Source: Blastocatellia bacterium (GTDB taxonomy: Bacteria > Acidobacteriota > Blastocatellia > RBC074). From it: a stretch of DNA of 64,000 nt. The stretch is taken from the NCBI GenBank assembly GCA_038211695.1, contig JBBQVH010000012.1:22479-86478 (forward strand), in the 5' to 3' direction. This document shows, in pieces, positions 1-9,641 of the stretch. A model generated the notes under the pieces. It was not told the DNA's origin, ran no database searches, and was given only the letters and a program-made list of their open reading frames with translations. Both the position numbers and the translations under genes were made by a program. Position 1 is the first letter of the stretch. Each line of letters begins with the position of its first letter.

Positions 1-1390
1 TGAATTGGCGGTAGTAGGTGTAGCGCGCTGAGAAGTTGTTGCGCTCGCTCACCCGATGATCGAAGCGCGCGGTGTGATTGCTCAGCGTGCGTTTGTTCGA
101 GACCGCGCCGAAGTAGTTGTTCAGGTTGGTAAACGCATTGTCAGGCGCGCGGTTCGGCAGCGGATAAAACTTCAGGATGTTTTTTGAGACGGGATCAATG
201 CGATTGGCGGGGACGATGTTGCCGGGGAACGCATCGCGCAGGAAGCCGTTGCCGCTGGGGTTGGCGCGCGTCGTCGCCGGATCGTAAATGAGGATCGGCT
301 TGCCCGTCGCATCGGCCAGCTTTGAAAAATCGCCGTTGCGATAGGCTTCGGTCGGCAGGGTATAAAAACCCGTCGCGCTAGTGATGAATTTGTAACCTTC
401 GTAGTTGTAAAAGAAAAAGCTGCGGTCGCGTCCGTCATATCCGAGCGGGCCGAAAACCTTGCCGGGGAAGCGCACCGGCCCGCCAATCGAGCCGCCGTAC
501 TGGTTATAGCGCAGTGGCGGTTTGGGCCGTCCTGCGCGATTGTTGGCCCATGAACCGGCGTCAAGCGCGTCGTTGCGGAAGAACTCGTAGAGCGTGCCGT
601 GCAATTGATTCGTCCCTGACTTGGTGACCAGATTGACGACGCCGCCCAGCGTGAAGCCGTATTCCGCCGACATCGTGTTGGTCTGGACTTTGAACTCCTG
701 CACCGAATCCACGTTCGGGTTAATGTTCACGTCGGGCAAGTAGGCGTTGACGCTGCTCAGTCCGTCCACGACCAGATTATTCGTGGCGAAGGGACTGCCA
801 TTGATGCGAATCATCGAAACCTGCGTGCCGCGGTCGCCGAACCCGCTGGCGGTCGGCCCCACGCCGGATTGCACGGCGGGCGCCAGCAGCACCAGGCTCA
901 GCGCGTTGCGGCCATTGACGGGCAGTTCTTGCACACGGCGGTTTTCGATCACCTTGCCGAAAGTTGCCGTCGTCGTATCCACCAGCGAAGCCTGGCTGCT
1001 GACTTCAATCGTTTCGCTGACCGCGCCGGTTTCAAGCGTCAGATTGATTTCCGCGCGCTGATCCACCTCAAGCGTGAGGCCGCTGCGCAGGGCTTTTTTG
1101 AAACCCTGCTTGGCGGCGCTGACTGTGTAGGCTCCGACCAGCAGGTTGGGCGCAGCGAAATTACCATCCGCGTTGGTCACCACCGCCGTCGCCTGATTGG
1201 TGGCAACGTTCGTCACGGTCACCGCGGCATCCGGAATGACCGCCCCCGTCGAGTCTGAAACCGTGCCGAGGATGGTGCCGCGACCGCGTTGGGCCAGGGC
1301 GGGCGTCGCCGCCAGGAAAAGAAGGAGAAACAACAGCGCGGCGGCGCGTGCGAAGCCATGCTGGGCGAAAAACATTTGTGGAGTTTTCAT
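1..1390 (-). CDS. TonB-dependent receptor, N-terminal ~463 aa; gene runs off the left window edge
   Basis: Translating the minus strand from the ATG at 1390 (codon 1388-1390) gives MKTPQMFFAQHGFARAAALLFLLLFLAATPALAQRGRGTILGTVSDSTGAVIPDAAVTVTNVATNQATAVVTNADGNF... This is a signal peptide followed by a carboxypeptidase-regulatory-like domain and plug-like motifs (FFFYNYEGYK, GNIVPANRI). These match the full-length paralogs in this window. The frame is open to position 1. It is missing from the ORF track only because no stop falls inside the window. Confidence 0.7.
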   Translation of the reverse strand, partial: MKTPQMFFAQHGFARAAALLFLLLFLAATPALAQRGRGTILGTVSDSTGAVIPDAAVTVTNVATNQATAVVTNADGNFAAPNLLVGAYTVSAAKQGFKKALRSGLTLEVDQRAEINLTLETGAVSETIEVSSQASLVDTTTATFGKVIENRRVQELPVNGRNALSLVLLAPAVQSGVGPTASGFGDRGTQVSMIRINGSPFATNNLVVDGLSSVNAYLPDVNINPNVDSVQEFKVQTNTMSAEYGFTLGGVVNLVTKSGTNQLHGTLYEFFRNDALDAGSWANNRAGRPKPPLRYNQYGGSIGGPVRFPGKVFGPLGYDGRDRSFFFYNYEGYKFITSATGFYTLPTEAYRNGDFSKLADATGKPILIYDPATTRANPSGNGFLRDAFPGNIVPANRIDPVSKNILKFYPLPNRAPDNAFTNLNNYFGAVSNKRTLSNHTARFDHRVSERNNFSARYTYYRQF

Positions 1391-1539
1391 AGGTGTCCTT
1401 TCTGGAAATGAAGGCCGTCCGGCACGGGCGCGGTTAAAAACGGACTGCGAGCCTGTCATCGGGACGGTCGAATTTGGTGGTTCCAGCAAAGTAATCGGCG
1501 GGCCGGGGCGGCTCAAGGCAGATTGCCGGTCACCCTCTC

Positions 1540-1790
1540 TTTTCTTAAATCTCAAATGTAAAATCTAAAATCTAAAATTTCAGTCGCGGATGGTAAGTCG
1601 CACCCCCCTAGCTGTCAAGAGAGACTCGCCGGCCAAACGAGGAATTCTTTCCGGTTTTTTGATGCGCACGGGAGAGCTGTTAAATAAGGCAAAAGACGTT
1701 TGACGATCAGCCGTCAATTCGCTACATTGCCGCCTGAGACAAAAAATTTCAGATTTTACATGCAAAATTACAGACTCCGGGGAAACCGTC
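1540..1790. promoter_or_regulatory. Divergent intergenic region between the truncated receptor gene (-) and the GntR regulator (+), carrying an A/T-rich direct repeat
   Basis: The 400 bp non-coding gap contains tandem 'aaatctaaaat' units (about 1548-1580) and 'aaaatttcag' at about 1571 and again at about 1745. It lies next to a GntR-family regulator gene. I take these as candidate operator or promoter elements. Confidence 0.25.
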
Positions 1791-2477
1791 ATGAACGTTG
1801 AACTGCCACAACTGAAACGCGAACGGGCGAGTGATTCAGTGTTCTCCATCCTGCGGGAAAGCATCGTGACGCAGGCCTTCCCGCCGGGCCAGCGGCTGAA
1901 CGTCAAGGATTTGGCCGAAAAGCTGGGCGTCAGCATGACGCCGGTCAAAGAGGCGATTAACCGGCTGGCGACCGAAGGCTTGGTCGAAATCCTGCCGCGT
2001 TCCGGCACGTTCGTCACGGAGGTGGCGGCGCAAGATGTGATCGAAACCTTTGAACTGCGCGCGGCGCTGGAATGTCTGGCGGCGGAGAAGGCGCTGGAAA
2101 GAATGACGCCGGAAGATGTGGCGCGCCTAAAAGACCTGGTGAAGGAGATGGATAAGTCCGCCAGCACGGAAAAAGAACGCGCAACGCACGACCGCAAGAA
2201 CGTCGAATTTCATAACCTGATTATTGAACTGTCGGGCAATCGCAAACTGATGGAGATTTACCGGAGCCTGAACGCGCACATCAAAATTGCGCGCATCCAT
2301 TACAGCCGGACAGGCTGGGCCGAACGGTTGAAGACCGAGCAGGAAGAACACAAGCGCATCCTGCGCGCCTTCGAAACGCGCAACCGCGAGACGGCGGTCA
2401 AACATCTGCGCCAGCATATCGAACGCGGCGCGCAATGCCTGATTGAAGATTTGAAGAAAAATGGCCCAGCGAAATGA
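1791..2477 (+). CDS. GntR-family transcriptional regulator (FadR/FCD subfamily)
   Basis: 228 aa. The N-terminal winged HTH (RLNVKDLAEKLGVSMTPVKEAINRLATEGLVEILPRSGTFV) is typical of GntR. The C-terminal helical domain resembles an FCD ligand-binding domain. Confidence 0.85.
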   Translation: MNVELPQLKRERASDSVFSILRESIVTQAFPPGQRLNVKDLAEKLGVSMTPVKEAINRLATEGLVEILPRSGTFVTEVAAQDVIETFELRAALECLAAEKALERMTPEDVARLKDLVKEMDKSASTEKERATHDRKNVEFHNLIIELSGNRKLMEIYRSLNAHIKIARIHYSRTGWAERLKTEQEEHKRILRAFETRNRETAVKHLRQHIERGAQCLIEDLKKNGPAK

Positions 2478-2489
2478 TTGCCGCGCTGG

Positions 2490-5400
2490 TCAGGGAATTG
2501 ATTCGACTGTCGCCTTGCGCTCCAGCTTGCCCCAGCCGACAACCGCGCCTCTGAGCGCGGAGACGACGGATTTGACCATCACGTAATACATGACCTGCCG
2601 GTAACAGAACCGCTGCAAAAACAGCCACCACAGGAGGCTCCATTGTTCGCCTTTTTCCAGCATGAAGGCGAAAGCCGCCGCCAGCCAGTCAACCGCCAGA
2701 AACAGCGCGTAATAAAACAGCACCTGTTTTAGATTCGTGATCGCGTACTCCTGCGGATGTTCCAGTCGTTCAAGTGCAGAGGAGAAGAGCGTCCAGAGAA
2801 ACGTCAAATCCATGACCGGCGAAATCAGTGGGAAAAGAATTTGAAAGACCCAGACGTTCGGCATGGCGATGAAGCCCAGCGCGCCGTAACGCGGGTTGAA
2901 CAGGGCATCGCGATGTTTCCACAGACATTGCAATGTGCCGAACGACCAGCGGAATCGCTGTTTGGCCAGGCCGCGCACAGTGTCGGGCGCTTCTGTCCAG
3001 GCGATGGCGTGCTCTTCGTAGCCGATCTTGTAACCCAGCTTTCTGATCTTCAGCGTTAAGTCCTGGTCTTCGGCCAAGGTGTCTGATGCAAAGCCGCCGA
3101 TCTGTTCGATCAGTTCACGCCGCCACGCGCCGACCGCGCCCGGCACCACCGTAATGCAGTTGAGCGAGGCAAAGGCTCGGCGATCCATATTTTGCGCGGT
3201 GATGTATTCCAGCGCCTGCCAGCGCGTCAGCAGGTTGATGCGATTGCCGACTTTGGCATTGCCAGCGACCGCGCCAATTTGCGGCCCCAACTCCGGTTCG
3301 GTAAAACGCGCCGCCAGCGCGCTGATGGTTTGCGCAGGGAAAACCGTGTCGGCATCCAGCGCGACAATGATTTCGCCCTTCGATTGGCGCAGGCCGAAAT
3401 TCAATGCCTCGGCTTTGCCACCGTTTTCCACGGTGAAGAGTTGAACGCTGGGTTCGTGGCCGAAAGCTTCGCGCACCATGGCGCTGGTCCGGTCTGATGA
3501 ACCGTCGTCCACGACGATGATTTCGAAGTGCGGGTAATCGTTGCCCAGCAGGCTGTGGATGGTTTGCAGGATGACTTTCTCTTCATTGAAGGCGGGGACG
3601 ATGATGGAAACGAGAGGCTTTGGCAGATCAGCGATTGAAACGTGTTCGCGCCGCCGTGCCCGCAGCCGCTGTGCCAGCGCCAGCAGGCCAATGACGATCA
3701 TTCGCGCCAACCCCAGCACAATGCCGATCATGAATATCCACCGCATCGTCCAGCCGCCGACGGCCATGGCATAAAATGCAAGCGCATCAGCGTTTGAAAA
3801 CAAGCCTTTGTTCTGTTTGACCAAAGGCATTGTCTGTTCGCGCGATTTCCCGGCCAAATCCGACACCGTCACAAAACGCAGGCCGCGCGAGCGCAATTCG
3901 TGAATCAGATTCGGCAGCGCATCCACTGTTTGCTGGCGGTTGCCGCCGCCGTCGTGCAGCAAAACAATCTGGCCGCGCTCGTCCGGATCAGGGTTTTCAA
4001 TGCCGGCAATCGTGCGTTTGACGATCTGGTCTGCGCCGGGCAGTGCCCAATCATCAGGGTCAACGCGCAATCCGACGATGAAGTAACCGAGCTGATGGGC
4101 GATCCAGGCTGGTTCGACTTCGTCGGTCGTTTGCGGTTCGGCGTCGCCGAAATAAGGCGCGCGGAACAGGTAAGTGGAATGTCCCGTCAACGATTCAATC
4201 AGCCGCTGCGTGGCGTTCAGTTCCAGCACGGTCAGCCGTCCGGGAATTTCGCCCAGGTTTGGATGCGTGTAGGAGTGATTGCCCAGATCGTGGCCTTCGG
4301 CAAAGATGCGCTTGACCAGTCCCGGATTGGCCTGCCCGTTCTGGCCGATGATAAAGAATGCGGCAGGCACGTTCTCGCGCTTCAGGATGTCCAGAATCTT
4401 CGGCGTCCATTCTTCATCGGGGCCGTCGTCAAAGGTCAGCGCCACTACGCCCGGACGATAACCAGTGCGGCGAATTACATAAGATGATGGGATGCTTTTG
4501 TATTCCGCTGTTTGAATCAGGCCGCTTGTCGCATCCGGTTTGATTGCGCGCGCGCCGTCTTTCGGGCTGGCATCGAAGGTCAGGATTTCCCCCATTCCCT
4601 CGAAGTCCACATCGTATCCGTAAACAATGTTTTTCAATCCATCCGGCGAAGCCTCCATTTTGGAAGTGCCGAAGACAGCCCACAGCGAAGGGTCTTCTGA
4701 TCCGAGCCGCCACAGCGCAAAGCCAGCCGGATTGAACTTGCGCGAAGCCCGCATTTGATTGAACGCCGTCACGCCGTCCAGAAACCAGACGGCATGCTTT
4801 GCCCCGTCTTCATCTTCATAGCGGAAGTATGGGTTAAGCGTCGCGGAGTCGAAGGCGATTTTGGCTTCGGAATCTTTCGCCGCCAGCACGGCTTCCTGAA
4901 ATGTCATCTCGGTGGTTTCGCCGCCCTGCTTCCAATCGTAACCGTAACCGCCGATGCAGATGATGGTCTGTTCGCCTTTCATTTCGCGCATGCGCTTGGC
5001 CAGCGTGGATTCGAACCAGGGCTGGCCGCTGATGCTGCCGCCGTCGCTTTCGGCCCAGTGTTCGTCGTAGGCCATCAACATCAAATAATCGTTGGCGGCG
5101 GCATAGTCGCGATAGTTCCACTCTTCGTCATCGAAGGGAATGGCCTGCGTGACAATCCAGTTATGTTCGCGGAAGGTGGCGTGGAGCGCCTGCATAAACT
5201 GCAATAGTTTCGGCTGCGAGCCTTGCGGCACTTCTTCAAAATCAATGCATACGCCCTGAAATTTATTATCGGCGACGAATTGAACCAGGCTTTTGATCAA
5301 CCGCGCGCGCGAAGCTTCGTCGGCGATCTGGGCGGCCAGTGTGGCCGATTCCCACTTGCCCTCTTTCGAATTATGAATCATCGGCAGGATCGGCAGCGTC

Positions 5401-5951
5401 GGGCGCGTCCGCCGGATCAGGTCCAGCCCGGGCGCATGAATTTCTTGCGCAACGGGATTGCTCCCGGCCTGCAATCGCAACCATTCGGGCACAACCCAAT
5501 CCATCTCGGCCAGATTGCGCTTCAGCGATTGATAGCTGGAATCGTCCCAGTTGACATAAAAGCCGATGGCCAGGGGCTTGGCGTTGTTGGGCAGTGGCGT
5601 TTGGATAATTGGGATATTCGGTTTGGGAGGCGCGACTTTGATCTGTGATGGGCGGCGTCCGGGAACGGTTGGCGTTTTGGCCAAGGTGCGCTGCAACACG
5701 GCGTTGGCGCGCAAGGCGCGTTGCTGCGGGCGGTTGGTGACAATGACCGGTGGTTGCAGGCGAGCGTCTGTCGCATTTGGCAATGCAGCCACCGGGCGCA
5801 GATTCAAACGCGGCAGCACGGGGTTGATGATTACGCTGGTAATGAAGGTGACGGCCAACAACGTAACGCCCGCGCCAATCAGCCAGCCAAAGCGGCCCAC
5901 GTGACGACGCCGTTTACCCGCGGGATCAAAAAAGACAGGTTGATGATTCAT
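2490..5951 (-). CDS. Membrane-anchored multidomain exopolysaccharide synthase: GH18-like domain, CE4 polysaccharide deacetylase (NodB) and family-2 processive glycosyltransferase (PgaC/IcaA-like) in one polypeptide
   Basis: 1153 aa, with an N-terminal TM helix. A GH18-like region carries GFYVNWDD and QGVCIDFEE, a degenerate DxxDxDxE motif. The NodB/CE4 motifs are VALTFDDGPDEEWT...NHSYTHP. The GT2 motifs are VSIIVPAFNEE...VVDDGSSD...ALDADTV...QRFRW, followed by C-terminal TM helices. Confidence 0.75.
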   Translation of the reverse strand: MNHQPVFFDPAGKRRRHVGRFGWLIGAGVTLLAVTFITSVIINPVLPRLNLRPVAALPNATDARLQPPVIVTNRPQQRALRANAVLQRTLAKTPTVPGRRPSQIKVAPPKPNIPIIQTPLPNNAKPLAIGFYVNWDDSSYQSLKRNLAEMDWVVPEWLRLQAGSNPVAQEIHAPGLDLIRRTRPTLPILPMIHNSKEGKWESATLAAQIADEASRARLIKSLVQFVADNKFQGVCIDFEEVPQGSQPKLLQFMQALHATFREHNWIVTQAIPFDDEEWNYRDYAAANDYLMLMAYDEHWAESDGGSISGQPWFESTLAKRMREMKGEQTIICIGGYGYDWKQGGETTEMTFQEAVLAAKDSEAKIAFDSATLNPYFRYEDEDGAKHAVWFLDGVTAFNQMRASRKFNPAGFALWRLGSEDPSLWAVFGTSKMEASPDGLKNIVYGYDVDFEGMGEILTFDASPKDGARAIKPDATSGLIQTAEYKSIPSSYVIRRTGYRPGVVALTFDDGPDEEWTPKILDILKRENVPAAFFIIGQNGQANPGLVKRIFAEGHDLGNHSYTHPNLGEIPGRLTVLELNATQRLIESLTGHSTYLFRAPYFGDAEPQTTDEVEPAWIAHQLGYFIVGLRVDPDDWALPGADQIVKRTIAGIENPDPDERGQIVLLHDGGGNRQQTVDALPNLIHELRSRGLRFVTVSDLAGKSREQTMPLVKQNKGLFSNADALAFYAMAVGGWTMRWIFMIGIVLGLARMIVIGLLALAQRLRARRREHVSIADLPKPLVSIIVPAFNEEKVILQTIHSLLGNDYPHFEIIVVDDGSSDRTSAMVREAFGHEPSVQLFTVENGGKAEALNFGLRQSKGEIIVALDADTVFPAQTISALAARFTEPELGPQIGAVAGNAKVGNRINLLTRWQALEYITAQNMDRRAFASLNCITVVPGAVGAWRRELIEQIGGFASDTLAEDQDLTLKIRKLGYKIGYEEHAIAWTEAPDTVRGLAKQRFRWSFGTLQCLWKHRDALFNPRYGALGFIAMPNVWVFQILFPLISPVMDLTFLWTLFSSALERLEHPQEYAITNLKQVLFYYALFLAVDWLAAAFAFMLEKGEQWSLLWWLFLQRFCYRQVMYYVMVKSVVSALRGAVVGWGKLERKATVESIP

Positions 5952-5978
5952 AGATGCAGTCAGGCGGTGGTGCAGTGC

Positions 5979-7565
5979 TCAGGAATTATTTTCTGATTGG
6001 CGCGCCTCTTTCCATAACCGCCGCAGCTTGGAAGTCATGACGCCAGTGAACCCCGCCGGGTCGAACGCGCCGATCAACGCGAAGATCATTCGCAGCCGGA
6101 TGCGCGGCGGATAGATTGCCAGGTATTCAGGATCAATGTACGAAGGCGCAAACTTCGCCTTGAAGCGGTGCAGCGCTTTGAAGTGATAGAACGCGTCCAA
6201 ATGCTCATAGATCAGATTGAGCAGGCGGGAAAGATGTTTGAACCGGGTTGCGGCATTTATTCCGGCATTATTGCCGACATTATTTCCAGCATTATCTCCA
6301 GCAAGGCTCCCGCTTTCGGTGGCGTTATCCTTAACTGGCTTCAGGCCTGCCAGCGGTGACGTGGCCAGCGTGGCCAGTTCCGCGCCTTCTGCGGCCAGTT
6401 GATTCAGGGCCTCGACTACCAGTAATTCGCTGACGCCTCGCTCGGCTTTCCGGTCGCGAATCAAATCTTCCAGATACCAGCCGCGCCGCGCATAAATGGG
6501 CGAACAGGCCAGCAGCCCCACCAACTGTCCGCCGGCTTCGCGGGCCAGAAAATATCGTTTGTCTTCGCCAAAAGAGAACGGATCAAGTTCAAGCAGCCAG
6601 CCCAACGCGTCCACTTCGCGCGTATCAATCCAACGCTGGCAAAGCTCTTCGATCTCGCGACGCTTCTGTTCACATTGATCCTGCAACGGATCGTAACGTT
6701 CGATGTACACGCCGGCTTTGCGCGCTTGGTTGACGCCTGAGCGGACTTTCTTGGCGCGGTCGCCCGCCGGACGCCAGGCGGGAAGCTGGAAGTAACCGGA
6801 TTCACCAATGCGCAATAGGGCCATCCCACACTGGCGCGCGACCTCAGCGAATTCCGATCCGATTGGCAGCATCAGGCAATCCATCTTCTGTTCGTCGCAA
6901 TACGCCAGAAACATGCGCGTGATTTCCGCCCAATGTTCGCGGGCGGCCAGCGGCGCGGCGGCAACAATTGCCACGCGCCCCACGCAGCGATAAATGACAG
7001 CGGCATCCAGATCGTCTGCATACCAGACTTTCATCCCGCCGTAGAGCGATAGAAAAGATTGGTGTTCGTAACCGTAGCGGCGCACGATCTCCATCAAACG
7101 CGGATCAGTCTGTTGCCTGCTGCAACCGAGCGCTCTGCGCGCACGTTGCATCGTCACCCAATCGCCGTTGATGGCCAGCGCAAAATGCCCAGCCGAAACA
7201 GCCTCCGCGGCTGCTTTAATCGCGCGGTTATCCAGCCCGGCTCGCCGCAGCAGGTCAATCGTTCCGCCTGCCGCCAAGCCCGTGGCAATGCCTTTGGCTG
7301 TGACGCCCAAGACGTGCAACGCAACCGTTCGCGCCAGATGGCCGGCCAGAAAAAGATGGCCTCCGCCCGGCAGCAAAAACGTTGCCGCTGCGCCCAAAGC
7401 GCCACCCCACAGGAGAGATTTTTTCAAACGCGGGGTATTGGGCGAACGTTTATCGTCGTGACCGATGACCGAAAGACGGCTGGCATCGAACCCGTTGACA
7501 GTAAGCTGCGCGACAGCTTCCTGGGCAGCAGCCAGATTTTGATAGGTGTTGATGATCTTTGTCAT
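5979..7565 (-). CDS. DUF2156-domain protein (MprF C-terminal-like, aminoacyl-tRNA-dependent transferase fold) with N-terminal YflT/GSP17M-like domain and Gly-rich membrane segment
   Basis: 528 aa. The central region (YGGMKVWYADDLDAAVIYRCVGRVAIVAAAPLAA...FLAREAGGQLVGLLACSPIYARRGWYLEDLIRD) matches the DUF2156/LPG-synthase C-terminal family as I recall it. The N-terminus resembles a general stress protein 17M domain. There is a low-complexity NAGNNVGNNAGINAA stretch. The gene ends 27 bp upstream of the synthase gene on the same strand. Confidence 0.55.
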   Translation of the reverse strand: MTKIINTYQNLAAAQEAVAQLTVNGFDASRLSVIGHDDKRSPNTPRLKKSLLWGGALGAAATFLLPGGGHLFLAGHLARTVALHVLGVTAKGIATGLAAGGTIDLLRRAGLDNRAIKAAAEAVSAGHFALAINGDWVTMQRARRALGCSRQQTDPRLMEIVRRYGYEHQSFLSLYGGMKVWYADDLDAAVIYRCVGRVAIVAAAPLAAREHWAEITRMFLAYCDEQKMDCLMLPIGSEFAEVARQCGMALLRIGESGYFQLPAWRPAGDRAKKVRSGVNQARKAGVYIERYDPLQDQCEQKRREIEELCQRWIDTREVDALGWLLELDPFSFGEDKRYFLAREAGGQLVGLLACSPIYARRGWYLEDLIRDRKAERGVSELLVVEALNQLAAEGAELATLATSPLAGLKPVKDNATESGSLAGDNAGNNVGNNAGINAATRFKHLSRLLNLIYEHLDAFYHFKALHRFKAKFAPSYIDPEYLAIYPPRIRLRMIFALIGAFDPAGFTGVMTSKLRRLWKEARQSENNS

Positions 7566-7796
7566 AGCTGTTGGGGAAACGAAGCATAACGGCTATGCCG
7601 CCAATCAACAATCTTGCCACCTACAAAATTGTCATCAACGCTGATTGGCTGGGAACGCCGAACGCCAGTTCGGCGCTGGCGGTAGGATGTTCAAGCGCCG
7701 AACCGGCGTTCGGCGCTCCCAAACCAATAAAAATGGGAGCGAGGCTAATTTGCCTTCGCTCCCATCGAATTTGTTTTCTTCGTCTGAAATTACGGC

Positions 7797-9302
7797 TTAC
7801 TGTGCCGGAATCGCTACGAAGCTGGTGTGGCCGCCGCGATTGACCAGCAGCAAGACTGAATTCTTGCCGCCCAATTTCAAGGCCTGCCGGAAGTCAGCCA
7901 CATTGTTGACGGGTTTGCGATTCACTTCCTGAATCACATCGCCGCGCCGCAATCCCGCGTCAGCAGCGGCGCTGGCTTCCTGTACGCTGCTGACCAGAAC
8001 GCCAACGGTATTGGCGGGCAATTCAAGCTGGCGCGCGATCTGCGGCGTCAAGCTTTCAACTGACATGCCTTCCATCGAACTGCCTTGGGGCTGCTCTGCT
8101 TCGGCGGCCACTTTCTCCGTTGGCAATTCGCCCAGCGTGATTGTGGTTTCGCGTTCCTTGCCGTCGCGGAAAAGCTTCAGCTTGACCGGTGTGCCCGGAG
8201 CCATCTGGCTGATCTTCAATCGCAATTCGCGATTGTCCACGACCTGTTGCCCGTTCACGGCTGTGATGATGTCGCCTTTGACGATTCCGGCTTTCGCCGC
8301 CGGGCCGCCTTCGCTTACCTCGCTCACCAGCGCGCCGCTCGCTCCGGTTAATCCGAAAGCCTTGGCCACTTCTGGCGTAACGTCCTGAATAGACGTGCCA
8401 ATGTATCCGCGCACCACCTTGCCGCCCTTGCTCAGTTGATTCATCACCGCGCGAACCATATTCACGGGCACGGCGAAGCCTACGCCCTGGTTGCCGCCTG
8501 CGCGCGACAGAATGGCTGTGTTGATGCCGATCAATTCGCCGCGCGTGTTGATCAACGCGCCGCCTGAATTGCCGGGATTGATTGCGGCATCGGTCTGAAT
8601 GAAGTCTTCGTAATCTTCAATGCCCAGATTGCCGCGCCCCGTTGCGCTGATAATTCCCATCGTCACGGTTTTGCCGATGCCGAAGGGATTGCCGATGGCC
8701 AGCGCGATGTCGCCGACCTGCACCTGCGAAGAGTCGGCAAAGCTGAGCGTCGGCAGATTCGTTCCCTCCACTTTCAGCAAAGCGATGTCGGTCTTCGAGT
8801 CCGCGCCAATGACGCGCGCTTTCAATTCGCGCTTGTCGGCCAGCGCGACCTTGATGTCGGTTGCGCCATCAATGACGTGATTGTTGGTCAAAATGTACCC
8901 GTCCGCGTTGACGATCACGCCCGAACCCAGGCCGCGTTCCCGCTGTTCGCGCGGTTGCCGTTGGCCATTCTGATTGGGCATGCGGTTGCCGAAGAATTCG
9001 CGAAATCCGGGATCGTTGAAAAGCGGCGACAGACCTTCATCGCCCGCATCGGCCTTGACGACTTTGGTTGAAACGATGCTGACCACGGCGGGCAGCGCCT
9101 GTTTGACCACCGGCGCGAAACCGCTGGTCAATGTTCCCAACTCCGGCGAATTGCCATTCGCCGTCTTCACGGCCACTTCACCTGAATCGGCATTGGCCGA
9201 TAGATGTCCAATCTTGCCTTCCACAAAAGCAAAGGTCATTGCAAAAGCCAGCGCCAATTCGGCCAGTCCGATTCCGGCGAGCCATTTGTTTCTTTGGGTC
9301 AT
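7797..9302 (-). CDS. htrA: HtrA/DegP-family periplasmic serine protease with two PDZ domains
   Basis: The trypsin-like core carries TDAAINPGNSGGALIN and two C-terminal PDZ-like segments. I chose the start at MTQRNKW (9302) because a consensus AAGGAG lies 6 nt upstream. The track ORF begins at 9332. Confidence 0.9.
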   Translation of the reverse strand: MTQRNKWLAGIGLAELALAFAMTFAFVEGKIGHLSANADSGEVAVKTANGNSPELGTLTSGFAPVVKQALPAVVSIVSTKVVKADAGDEGLSPLFNDPGFREFFGNRMPNQNGQRQPREQRERGLGSGVIVNADGYILTNNHVIDGATDIKVALADKRELKARVIGADSKTDIALLKVEGTNLPTLSFADSSQVQVGDIALAIGNPFGIGKTVTMGIISATGRGNLGIEDYEDFIQTDAAINPGNSGGALINTRGELIGINTAILSRAGGNQGVGFAVPVNMVRAVMNQLSKGGKVVRGYIGTSIQDVTPEVAKAFGLTGASGALVSEVSEGGPAAKAGIVKGDIITAVNGQQVVDNRELRLKISQMAPGTPVKLKLFRDGKERETTITLGELPTEKVAAEAEQPQGSSMEGMSVESLTPQIARQLELPANTVGVLVSSVQEASAAADAGLRRGDVIQEVNRKPVNNVADFRQALKLGGKNSVLLLVNRGGHTSFVAIPAQ

Positions 9303-9641
9303 AAAATTCTCCTTCATCTTGCTAGCAGGCATTTCGATGCATGGCGCGTCCGGCGCGCCCTTGGGGTTTTGTTTTGCGCAACGTTCCGTCCGCGGAAGTC
9401 CGCGCGCTTTGGCAGAACGTGGCTTCCGCGAACTCTTGCCCGCTGGGGTGGCGGGCTAAAGATGTCGCAGCAGCTTGAAAACCGGGATTGCATAGGTGAT
9501 CAGACTGACACGAGACGCCAGCGGAAAAAGTCACCAGGCCATGCATTTTGTATGAGCTTTTCCTACGATTGACGAAACCTTGCGCTTGCGAACAGGCCCG
9601 CTGAGAATGAGGCATTGCTGACACACCAACTCTGACAACAC

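Noticed and set aside
172-1568. Track ORFs 172..564(-), 747..1061(+), 869..1258(+) and 1197..1568(+)
   Set aside because: All overlap the open minus-strand frame that encodes a well-formed TonB-dependent receptor N-terminus. Their translations are Arg/Ala-rich GC-frame artefacts.
4755-5207. ORFs 3900..4487(+) and 4755..5207(+) inside the EPS synthase gene region
   Set aside because: They are antisense to a gene with clear CE4 and GT2 motifs. They have no motifs of their own and show GC-frame artefact composition.
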